IMG/VR virus record: IMGVR_UViG_3300032608_000348
Reading direction: 5' to 3' (one strand)
Length of the DNA: 64,000 bases
From: an uncultured virus (IMG/VR IMGVR_UViG_3300032608_000348)
Lineage: Duplodnaviria > Heunggongvirae > Uroviricota > Caudoviricetes
Shown here in pieces: positions 46,699 to 54,394 of this stretch. The translations under genes were made by a program, and so were the position numbers. The notes beneath the pieces are model-generated. The model saw only the letters and a program-made list of their open reading frames with translations, was not told where the DNA came from and ran no database searches. The first letter of the stretch is position 1, and every line of letters begins with the position of its first letter.

Positions 46699-47459
46699 GC
46701 CGTAAACCCCAAGCCTACACCTGCAAGCAGTGCGGCGTAACGGCCCCACCCAAAAAGCAAAGAGCGCTGAGAAAAGAGGAGGGATGGGTCATCACGCTGA
46801 GCGGTGATTTTTATTGCTCTGTCTGTGGTCCAATATATAAGTCCACAGCCCGCAAGGGCAAGCGTGAAAGCAAAAAGGTAAATTCTGAGTATGCGGCCTG
46901 GTTGCGCCAAGAGATGAGTGAGCGTCGTTGTTCACAATCACGGGTAGCCAGAATCCTAAAAGTAACACACCGCACAGCCAACAACTGGTATCATGGTGTA
47001 GTGGAACCCACGCCAGACAACAAGGAACGCATCAAGGATGCACTGGCTACGTGCGACACAATCCCAACGTCTGAGTTCGGGAAATGGCTGCTGGACAACT
47101 TGGCAGAAATCAATATGGCGCAACGCGAACTGGCACGCAGGATAGGCGTTAATAGCCGGTCTGTCAATTACTGGTGCTGGGGAATGTGTTGCCCCAGCGA
47201 GGCCCACCTTGCTGCAATAAAGGATATATTGGCGGAGGAAACAGCACTAAAAGATGCCAGTGTGCTCTTTCCGCCTCTGCGCTTTGCCCACAGTAGTTGC
47301 GTGGGCTGCGCCAAAAGAAAAGAGTGTTCAGATCGTGTTGGACGTGGGTTGCCGATGATGTGTGAACCGTTAAATGAAGATGATTTGTTTGTAGCAGCAA
47401 TAAATGGATTGTCACAGGAGGTGGTCTGGTGGAAGGATTTATCAGTGTCTTTGACCTGA
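46695..47459 (+). CDS. Transcriptional regulator with two XRE HTH domains
   Basis: SQSRVARIL.V....ANNW..G...P and QRELARRIGV....VNYW..G...P. Confidence 0.8.
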   Translation: MSRKPQAYTCKQCGVTAPPKKQRALRKEEGWVITLSGDFYCSVCGPIYKSTARKGKRESKKVNSEYAAWLRQEMSERRCSQSRVARILKVTHRTANNWYHGVVEPTPDNKERIKDALATCDTIPTSEFGKWLLDNLAEINMAQRELARRIGVNSRSVNYWCWGMCCPSEAHLAAIKDILAEETALKDASVLFPPLRFAHSSCVGCAKRKECSDRVGRGLPMMCEPLNEDDLFVAAINGLSQEVVWWKDLSVSLT

Positions 47460-48088
47460 ATGACGCTTGGTTCGCCACGCTCAAAGAAGTTATGAAAAAC
47501 GGGCGTGTGTATACCGTGGAAAAGGGCAGCTTTGAAGGAACACAGCGCAGGCAACTTGACACATTGGTGCTGCACATATCACATCCCTATGTGCGTCCCC
47601 TAGCGCCCGTCGTCCCCGCTGGTGTTCCCGCTCCCACGAGTGAAGAATACATTGAGCAATACGCTGCACAATATTTGCTTTCACCAGATGTTTCCCCGCA
47701 AGAAGAATATACCTACGGGGAGCGTCTTCATGAGCAGTTGTTGGCTGCGATTGAGCGACTACGCGCAACTCCAAACAGTAACCAGATTTGCCTAGAGGTC
47801 GGGCAACCAAGTGACTTCTGGGTTGACGATCCTCCCTGTTTGCGTCTCGTTCAGTTCCAGGTACGTGAAAAACAACTGGATATGTACTGCTACTTCCGGT
47901 CTTGGGATGTGTGGGCGGGGTTGCCCACGAACTTGGGGGGATTACAGTTGGTGAAAGAGTTTGTGGCCCAAGAGTGCAACTTGCTAGATGGAAGCCTTTG
48001 GGCGTTTAGCCCAGGGGCGCATCTCTACAGCTACTCTTGGGAATTGGCTATTGCGCGGTTGGGGAAGGTGTTTGAGAATTGTTTATAG
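47429..48088 (+). CDS. thyA: Thymidylate synthase-like protein (short, archaeal-type)
   Basis: YTYGERL, PPCL..VQF, FRSWD...GLPTN, AHLY. Confidence 0.8.
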   Translation: MEGFISVFDLNDAWFATLKEVMKNGRVYTVEKGSFEGTQRRQLDTLVLHISHPYVRPLAPVVPAGVPAPTSEEYIEQYAAQYLLSPDVSPQEEYTYGERLHEQLLAAIERLRATPNSNQICLEVGQPSDFWVDDPPCLRLVQFQVREKQLDMYCYFRSWDVWAGLPTNLGGLQLVKEFVAQECNLLDGSLWAFSPGAHLYSYSWELAIARLGKVFENCL

Positions 48089-48395
48089 TTTCCCCGAACG
48101 CTCCATAGGCATCTACAAAGTCTTGAGCAAACACAGCGAGGTCTTCCAGCGGAACATCATCAAGACTATACCCATCTGCAAATCGGACCGCAAAGTTAAG
48201 GATAGAGATTGCAGTGCCCACTTTATCCTCTTGAAAGCGATATGGATAATATTGATACTCTCCCATCGGCGCAAAAGCATTAAGCATCCGTGTTATTAGA
48301 TTGCTTTCGATTGATGATCTCCCGCGTCCTATTGTAACAGCCTCAGCCAAGTCTGCCAAAGTAAAGCCAGAAAAATCAAATTGATACTTAGCCAT
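48048..48395 (-). CDS. Hypothetical protein
   Basis: TAAGGAG RBS. Confidence 0.6.
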   Translation of the reverse strand: MAKYQFDFSGFTLADLAEAVTIGRGRSSIESNLITRMLNAFAPMGEYQYYPYRFQEDKVGTAISILNFAVRFADGYSLDDVPLEDLAVFAQDFVDAYGAFGETINNSQTPSPTAQ

Positions 48396-48421
48396 TGTTA
48401 TCTCTCCTTATTCTAATCTCA

Positions 48422-48514
48422 TTTTGTGACGTTTCTTGTCACAAAACTGACGCCTCCTGTCAGTGTGTTTCATGTCAAATGACAGTCAGCTTGTGGGAGT
48501 TTCGTGACATGACA
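48422..48514. promoter_or_regulatory. Cluster of TGAC/GTCA sites
   Basis: Two tandem TGAC-N7-GTCA inverted repeats 21 bp apart plus five more half-sites. Confidence 0.5.
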
Positions 48515-48520
48515 TTTTCA

Positions 48521-48724
48521 TTATCTTTCCGCTGCCAGAACCGCATTGCGCCCCTTCTCGGTAGATTTAATATGACCCGCAGGAGTAATCCATCCCCAAT
48601 TGCGTAAGGCTATTATCCAATTGCGTTTTGGTGAGCTTCCCCATCGGAAATGCTCCGCAAGTTCCGTGGCTGGGAGTGGCTCATTCTCTACAATGTAAAG
48701 CATTATCTCATGATAGTATTCCAT
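48521..48724 (-). CDS. Small wHTH-like protein
   Basis: ATELAEHF...L..WGWI...TEKG. Confidence 0.55.
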   Translation of the reverse strand: MEYYHEIMLYIVENEPLPATELAEHFRWGSSPKRNWIIALRNWGWITPAGHIKSTEKGRNAVLAAER

Positions 48725-49306
48725 TTTCTTCAGCCTCAAGATTATGTGTAAAAACAATATCCACCTCTTCTGCTCTCGGCGGGCGAACATCCAGCAACGC
48801 GTCAGTCCCACAATATGAGACATAAACCATTAACGGGGCGCTGGGCACTGCATCAATCACAACCCTGGTGACAGTTGAAGGGTCAATCCCCATTTTGCCC
48901 AGAAACAGCTTAATCCATTCAGTACTCGTTATCACACCCATGACTTTTCCTCCATTTCTTGATCGCCCCCCTCAATCCCAGTAACAATCAGAACGTCTAC
49001 ATCAAAGAAACCCAGGGCGTCAAGTTTTTCCCTGTCTTCACCTGACACATCAGCGGGACCAATCAAAATGTACTGAGTGTCCCCTTCACGGTAAGCAAGC
49101 CGCTGGAGCTTGTCATCATATTTCAGAAGAATTTGCAATGCTTCCATTAGGTTTTTTATTGGTGATTTCATTTATCCTCCCATCCCCACAACAATGCTGG
49201 AAGCTCCTGCGTGTTGACGCGGTCCCAGCCGCGCTTCACACGCCACTGGTTGATGACTCTGGTACAGCTTCTTTATCCACTGCATTGCCCTCATTCCTCC
49301 ACTGTC

Positions 49307-49335
49307 ATTATACCACCAGTGCATCTTTTTGTCAA
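49307..49335 (-). promoter_or_regulatory. Sigma70-type promoter
   Basis: TTGACA-N17-TATAAT with TG extension. Confidence 0.75.
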
Positions 49336-49399
49336 TCCCCTTGCGCACATGAAATCTGTCCAGCGCTGGAGTGATTTTAAGAATTGCGCCCCTGGACAA

Positions 49400-52300
49400 T
49401 CACACTTCCACGCCCGCAAATCCGAAGAGGTCTGGCATATTGGCTTCACTCTCAGCCTTCTTCAGATTGTTGACAAGAACCTCAAAGTACTCCTTTTTCA
49501 ACTCAATCAGGATTGCCTTGCGCCCCAGTTGAATGGCTACATATCCCTCACTACCAATCCCTCCAAAGGGTGACAGAACTGTCTCGCCAGGATTGGAGTA
49601 TAGTTTGATGCATCGTTCAATTGTAGGCAGTTGCAGGGGGCAAATGTGCTTCTCGTCATCTGCCGCCCGCGCCGGTCCTTTTTGTAATGTATCTGTTTCT
49701 GAAATCCCAGTCCAAATTCCATGTGCCCATTCAATCCAAGTCTCATTGTCCATTTCACCGTTTTCTACTGGCGTAATGGGCACGGCGTTGTCCCCCTCTT
49801 TCCTGAAAATCAAGATTTGGTCAATCAGTGCGGGGCGTGAAGCAGCAGAATCCTTGCGCAACTGCACGAAAAGCAAGCCTTTTGAATGTGTTCGAATAGC
49901 CTGGGCTTGAGGGCACTTCTGGACGAACGCTCGCCCATGGAAAACCCATCCTTCTTCTTCATAAGCACGAATAACCGCGCCAGGAAAATCCCTCACGCCA
50001 ATATAGCCGTCCTTCTGTGCCAAGGCTGGAATGTCAGAAGTGTGGACACAAGTCAATCGCCCTGGCTTTGTCACCCGCAGTATCTCCTGAATGATGAATT
50101 TGTAATGCGTCAGAAATTCATCCCAATTGCGGGAATTCCCCAAGTCACGAGAGCTTGGAGAATACGTAAATAAATCGGCGAAAGGCGGCGAGTAAGCTGA
50201 CAAATCAACTGAATCCTCCTCCAGTTCCGCCAACCGCGTACAAGCATCCCCAAGCATCGCCGTCCATCCCTTGCCGCGTACGGTATCCTCATTGTACTCA
50301 GAATGTGTCTCAATAGTCATGTTCAATTCCTCCTTGGCATAGGTTCCAATTTGCTCTATGAGTCCTTCGCGCAGCCGCCGCGCTTGCGCATCCTTCCGCA
50401 TTACATTGTGGTAGATTGGTGCCTCAATATCTGACATGATAATGTGAACATCAACCGGATGCTCCTGGAGATAGCGCCACTCACGACGAATGCACTGGTA
50501 ATATTGTTCTTGGCTATGCCCAAGTCCCAAAAAAGCCATTTTGTGTGCCACTTGAAAATTCATCCCAAATCCACCGACCCTAGCCTTAGTGACTAGCACG
50601 CGATGCTTGCCGTCTTGGAATTCTTCAAAGGTGCGGGCCTTATATTCTGGCGTGTCGCTTCCCTTCACCTCAATTGCGCCTTCAATCTCTCTTGTCGCTG
50701 CTTTGCTTTCAGCATCAAGTCCCACCCATATAATCCACCGTTCTTCTTTGCCATTTGCATTTACGAGTTCCTTTAATCTGCTCAGGCGTTGAGGCAATGT
50801 TTGGCGGCGCACTTCTGCCTGATGGGCTATTCCCTTGATGTGCGTGAAAAATAACTGGCCTGAAGACTTATACTGTGCCGTTACAAAGTCCTTGTGAATA
50901 TTCAGGGGCGGCAATATAAATCCCTCATCACTATAGCCCAGGTCAGAAGGCTTTGTCATCGTAATTGCCCATGACGCCAACCACTGAAAGAAAGGTTCTT
51001 CTGCGTGATGCTTCAGTCGCCATTCCTGTCCGGCTTTATTGCTGCCCTTTTTTCTGTACGCTTTACCATTGACAAAAAAGGTGTGCTCCTTGTTGGCGTT
51101 GATGAAGAACATCGCCAGCATCTCGGAGCGGGTGCATATACCCAGAAATTCAGCGTGGTTGCCCAACTCAATGTAGTCATTGGGCGCTGGAGTCGCAGTG
51201 CAGCACAGCCGATATGGAATATTCTGGCACAGACTTGTTAGCTTTTTCCGCGTCTTCCCGCTGATAGCTTTCAAGATGCTTGAATTATGCACCAGAAGAC
51301 CATGGACACTGAAAGAGGGATGTCCCTCTATTTCCAAGTCATACAGTGCAACTCGACCTGTCTCATCACGGTATCTAGTGAAGATAGGATTGCTTGATTG
51401 GTAAATCGCAACACTGTCCACCCTAGCTCCCGCAACTTTTTCTCCTTTTTGGCGTCCTGTGCACGCCTTTTCATCGCAACATGGCTGTATCCATCTACTT
51501 CTATTGCTACCATCATTTGCGGGTTGGCAATATCTATCTTGTAATGTGTTGGGTAGCCCGACATCCGTTTCCCTAGACTTTGCGCGTATTCCCCTATCCA
51601 GCCCTCCCCCAATGCGTCCAGAAGCATCTTTTGAGGAATTGGCATCGGGCGTCCATTCCCTCCCTGGATTTTGGGCTTGTGTCCTATCCGCCTGAGCGTC
51701 ACCGACAACTTCTTCCTGGATTCTGGATTGGACATCGGGTTTAGCAGGCGTATTCGTTCCAGTTCCTTGAGAGCTGTTGGGCTTCCCGCCTTGAACCAAG
51801 CACTCCTTTTTCTCCCCCGTTTGGCTGCTACTTCTGGGGAGTGAACTTTCGCCAATATTTCTGGCTGGCTCATTCTCCATTTCGCCGAGCAGGATGGCCC
51901 GCAGAAACGATTCCCCTGCTTCATCTGCTTCTCCGTCAACAGTTTCTCGCACTCGTGCCACGCGCATGGCTTCTGTTGTATAGATGACACAATCATCCTC
52001 CTGTAAGTCTTGTGCTCCTACCCATCCCCGTTGAGTGAAAAAGGGATGATTGACAGAAGAGATTATAACACGACCTTGAATAGAAGTCAATACTAAAGAG
52101 TCTTTATAGCGTGTTTTAACGGCCTTCACTTTCTGCAATCCCGTCGCTGTATATACCATCTCACCAGGAACAATAGAATCAATGCGCTTTGTGCCAGTTT
52201 CGGTATCAACCAGGGTGTCACCTACAAAACATTCATCAAGTACCACTGCTCCCCATCCAGTTGCCAAGTCAAAATGTTCAATCATCTCATAGTTCGTAAT

Positions 52301-52642
52301 CCACAACTTGTCATCACCAACAACTTCGTCTTGGCCGCGCACGTAATGTACATCAAGGTCAATCTTGCGTCCCTCACGGACCGTCTGGCGTGCTACAGAC
52401 AACGGGGCAATGATAAGTGTCTTTTCCCCCAGTAGTCGCGCCCACTCTATCTGCGCGAAACTTTTCCCAAGACCCGTGTCAAGAAAAATTGCGCATCGCC
52501 CCTTGCGCCCCGCCCACGTCGTCACGTCACGCTGGAACGGAAACAGCATGGGATGTATGTCTGAAGGCTCAATGCGCTTGCCAAAGGCAATTTGGCGCAC
52601 AACCTTGCCACTGAGGAATTCGTCATACGATTGGGAATTCAT
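49400..52642 (-). CDS. SNF2-like helicase fused to an N4/N6 DNA methyltransferase; contains an intein
   Basis: DTGLGKS, VLDE[intein]SS, TATPAPND, GFGMNFQ; SPPF, HICPLQ, SPFGGIGSE. Confidence 0.9.
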   Translation of the reverse strand: MNSQSYDEFLSGKVVRQIAFGKRIEPSDIHPMLFPFQRDVTTWAGRKGRCAIFLDTGLGKSFAQIEWARLLGEKTLIIAPLSVARQTVREGRKIDLDVHYVRGQDEVVGDDKLWITNYEMIEHFDLATGWGAVVLDECFVGDTLVDTETGTKRIDSIVPGEMVYTATGLQKVKAVKTRYKDSLVLTSIQGRVIISSVNHPFFTQRGWVGAQDLQEDDCVIYTTEAMRVARVRETVDGEADEAGESFLRAILLGEMENEPARNIGESSLPRSSSQTGEKKECLVQGGKPNSSQGTGTNTPAKPDVQSRIQEEVVGDAQADRTQAQNPGREWTPDANSSKDASGRIGGGLDRGIRAKSRETDVGLPNTLQDRYCQPANDGSNRSRWIQPCCDEKACTGRQKGEKVAGARVDSVAIYQSSNPIFTRYRDETGRVALYDLEIEGHPSFSVHGLLVHNSSILKAISGKTRKKLTSLCQNIPYRLCCTATPAPNDYIELGNHAEFLGICTRSEMLAMFFINANKEHTFFVNGKAYRKKGSNKAGQEWRLKHHAEEPFFQWLASWAITMTKPSDLGYSDEGFILPPLNIHKDFVTAQYKSSGQLFFTHIKGIAHQAEVRRQTLPQRLSRLKELVNANGKEERWIIWVGLDAESKAATREIEGAIEVKGSDTPEYKARTFEEFQDGKHRVLVTKARVGGFGMNFQVAHKMAFLGLGHSQEQYYQCIRREWRYLQEHPVDVHIIMSDIEAPIYHNVMRKDAQARRLREGLIEQIGTYAKEELNMTIETHSEYNEDTVRGKGWTAMLGDACTRLAELEEDSVDLSAYSPPFADLFTYSPSSRDLGNSRNWDEFLTHYKFIIQEILRVTKPGRLTCVHTSDIPALAQKDGYIGVRDFPGAVIRAYEEEGWVFHGRAFVQKCPQAQAIRTHSKGLLFVQLRKDSAASRPALIDQILIFRKEGDNAVPITPVENGEMDNETWIEWAHGIWTGISETDTLQKGPARAADDEKHICPLQLPTIERCIKLYSNPGETVLSPFGGIGSEGYVAIQLGRKAILIELKKEYFEVLVNNLKKAESEANMPDLFGFAGVEV
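51284..52231 (-). mobile_element. Intein (316 aa) in the helicase Walker B motif
   Basis: Starts CFVGDT.V; block B S.NHPFFT..GW..A.DL; block F/G YDLEIEGHPSF...LVHN followed by Ser. Confidence 0.9.
51328..51990 (-). CDS. DUF559/Vsr-like endonuclease nested out of frame in the intein
   Basis: FC..SC Zn motif, NPMS.PE.R.K.S, Y.ID.A.....AIEVDG.SH...D..K...L...GW.VLRF.N; AGGAGG 6 nt before GTG. Confidence 0.85.
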   Translation of the reverse strand: MSSIQQKPCAWHECEKLLTEKQMKQGNRFCGPSCSAKWRMSQPEILAKVHSPEVAAKRGRKRSAWFKAGSPTALKELERIRLLNPMSNPESRKKLSVTLRRIGHKPKIQGGNGRPMPIPQKMLLDALGEGWIGEYAQSLGKRMSGYPTHYKIDIANPQMMVAIEVDGYSHVAMKRRAQDAKKEKKLRELGWTVLRFTNQAILSSLDTVMRQVELHCMTWK

Positions 52643-53471
52643 TTTGCTCCTTTGCCCCCGTTGTCACGGCAGCAGCCGTCCTCTTTGGCATTTCGTTGTG
52701 TTCTTGCCCGTCAAGCAGGCAACCGGCGGCGCGCTTGCCGACAAAGCGACCATTCTCAGGATCACGTGCGGCTGCATGGCCTGGTCGATGATCTATTGAA
52801 TCTATTGGGCCACCCTGCATTTCCCTGCGTTCCCCTCGCACTATCTTTGAAATGGTTTGAAAGGCAACTCCATACCTTTGTGCCAAATCAACTTGGAGGA
52901 ATTCTCCAGTGGAATATAATTTTCGGATCTCCTCCACTTCTTTATCAGATAGCTTTGCGCTCGGATTTCGCTCACCGCGCTGATCAAGCAGGCGGTTTTT
53001 ATGGGCATGGCTCATATTTTCAGAATATGTAACAATTTCCAAATTCCCCGGCCTGTTGTCATCCTTGATACCATTCTTATGATTGATACACATCCCACCA
53101 GGAATCAGACCAAAGAAATGATGCCAAACAAGACGGTGTGCCATGGCCCCTACCTGCGAAGCTCCTGGCCTTGGTGTAATTCTGATTTGAAGGTAACCAG
53201 CCTGGTTTCTGCTTTCCGCCCGTTTGCGGGGTATGGGAGCGAAATAGCTTTTGTGCCAGCGAGACCCCCTGCGAACCTGTAATTTCCAAACTCTCCCCTT
53301 TTCATCTATCTCCAAGACACCAGACTGAACCAGTCCGATTATTTTGCGTTCGGCCTGTGTGTGGTTAGTGGGAATTCGATATATTGCCTGCCGTCTAACA
53401 TCGGAAGTGGAATCTTCTTTCTTCCCACAATCATCTGTTTGTAAAACACTGGAACTTGATATTGCTTGCAT
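52623..53471 (-). CDS. HNH homing endonuclease (HNH_3 plus HTH); start codon uncertain
   Basis: AHRLVW, INHKNGIK.DNR..NLE.VT..EN..H, GE.NP.AKLS...V.EIR. Confidence 0.85.
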   Translation of the reverse strand: MQAISSSSVLQTDDCGKKEDSTSDVRRQAIYRIPTNHTQAERKIIGLVQSGVLEIDEKGRVWKLQVRRGSRWHKSYFAPIPRKRAESRNQAGYLQIRITPRPGASQVGAMAHRLVWHHFFGLIPGGMCINHKNGIKDDNRPGNLEIVTYSENMSHAHKNRLLDQRGERNPSAKLSDKEVEEIRKLYSTGEFLQVDLAQRYGVAFQTISKIVRGERREMQGGPIDSIDHRPGHAAARDPENGRFVGKRAAGCLLDGQEHNEMPKRTAAAVTTGAKEQNEFPIV

Positions 53472-54169
53472 TGTGCTATTAACCTCCTAACCCAGTTTCC
53501 ATCCATTGGCCTTGCGCCAGGCCCGCTCTCTGCCCCTATTATACACCAAGATATACCACAATGCAAATACTCGTTTAGGTCAATCTCGGACAACAATGGC
53601 TCACAACTCACAAGCCGCACCGCCGCCAGGCACTGCAACAGCAGCAGTATGCGCTCGTCGGCTGTGGTCTGGTTCTCGGCTGTGACACCGAGCCAGACGT
53701 TGGGAAGTGGCCAGTGGTCAGTATCTCCCACTACAATCCCCGTAGGGCCTCCGCCGTATCCCTTAGGTGGCATTCCATCATTGGTTATCCAGCCCTCCCA
53801 CTCATCGCATTGATTCAGGAATTGTAACATGCGTCCTGGTCGCTTGGTAAGCACTTGGTATGTATGCCATGGCGTGCTTCGCATTATTTGCCATACACGC
53901 GCGACATACTCAAGTGGCACGCCATCGTGAAACAAGTCGCCCATAGACACGACAAAAACTCGACGTGACTTGAGCCAGTGTCGCGGTTGCTCCAGTCTGT
54001 CGGGCCGCAGCGTCACGTCAAAGTGGTGTGGCGCTTCTGGATAGCCGTGCCGCCCAGCGAGGCGGCGGGACATTCGTTCAGCATAGCAGTGAGCGCAACC
54101 TGCGCTGACTTTGGTGCAGCCAGTCACGGGATTCCAGGTTTCGTCCGTCCATTCAATTTTAGTCGTCAT
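53339..54169 (-). CDS. Phage Gp37/Gp68 (DUF5131) radical-SAM-like protein
   Basis: TKIEWTD.TWNP.TGC.KVS.GC.HCYAE, SMGDLFH, LTKRP, S.EPLL, G.ESG..ARP. Confidence 0.9.
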   Translation of the reverse strand: MTTKIEWTDETWNPVTGCTKVSAGCAHCYAERMSRRLAGRHGYPEAPHHFDVTLRPDRLEQPRHWLKSRRVFVVSMGDLFHDGVPLEYVARVWQIMRSTPWHTYQVLTKRPGRMLQFLNQCDEWEGWITNDGMPPKGYGGGPTGIVVGDTDHWPLPNVWLGVTAENQTTADERILLLLQCLAAVRLVSCEPLLSEIDLNEYLHCGISWCIIGAESGPGARPMDGNWVRRLIAQCKQYQVPVFYKQMIVGRKKIPLPMLDGRQYIEFPLTTHRPNAK

Positions 54170-54172
54170 TCT

Positions 54173-54394
54173 TCACTCTCCCTGTGGGCCTTCAGGCGGT
54201 GGCATCCAATGAGTAATATCACCGTTTTCAACGAGGTGGTTCTGTGCCCCTCCCAGCCACCAAGCATCTAGGTGGTATGACCCAGCACGGTAAAACTGCT
54301 GTATATCTAGTGTGTAGTACCCCTCTGGCCAATATGTTAGAACACGCTGGCCATTTTCTGGCAACCGTTCCTCAACTGGAATCCACTCATCCAT
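54173..54394 (-). CDS. DUF551 protein
   Basis: WIPVEERLPE...VL...ITHWMP.PE.P. Confidence 0.85.
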   Translation of the reverse strand: MDEWIPVEERLPENGQRVLTYWPEGYYTLDIQQFYRAGSYHLDAWWLGGAQNHLVENGDITHWMPPPEGPQGE

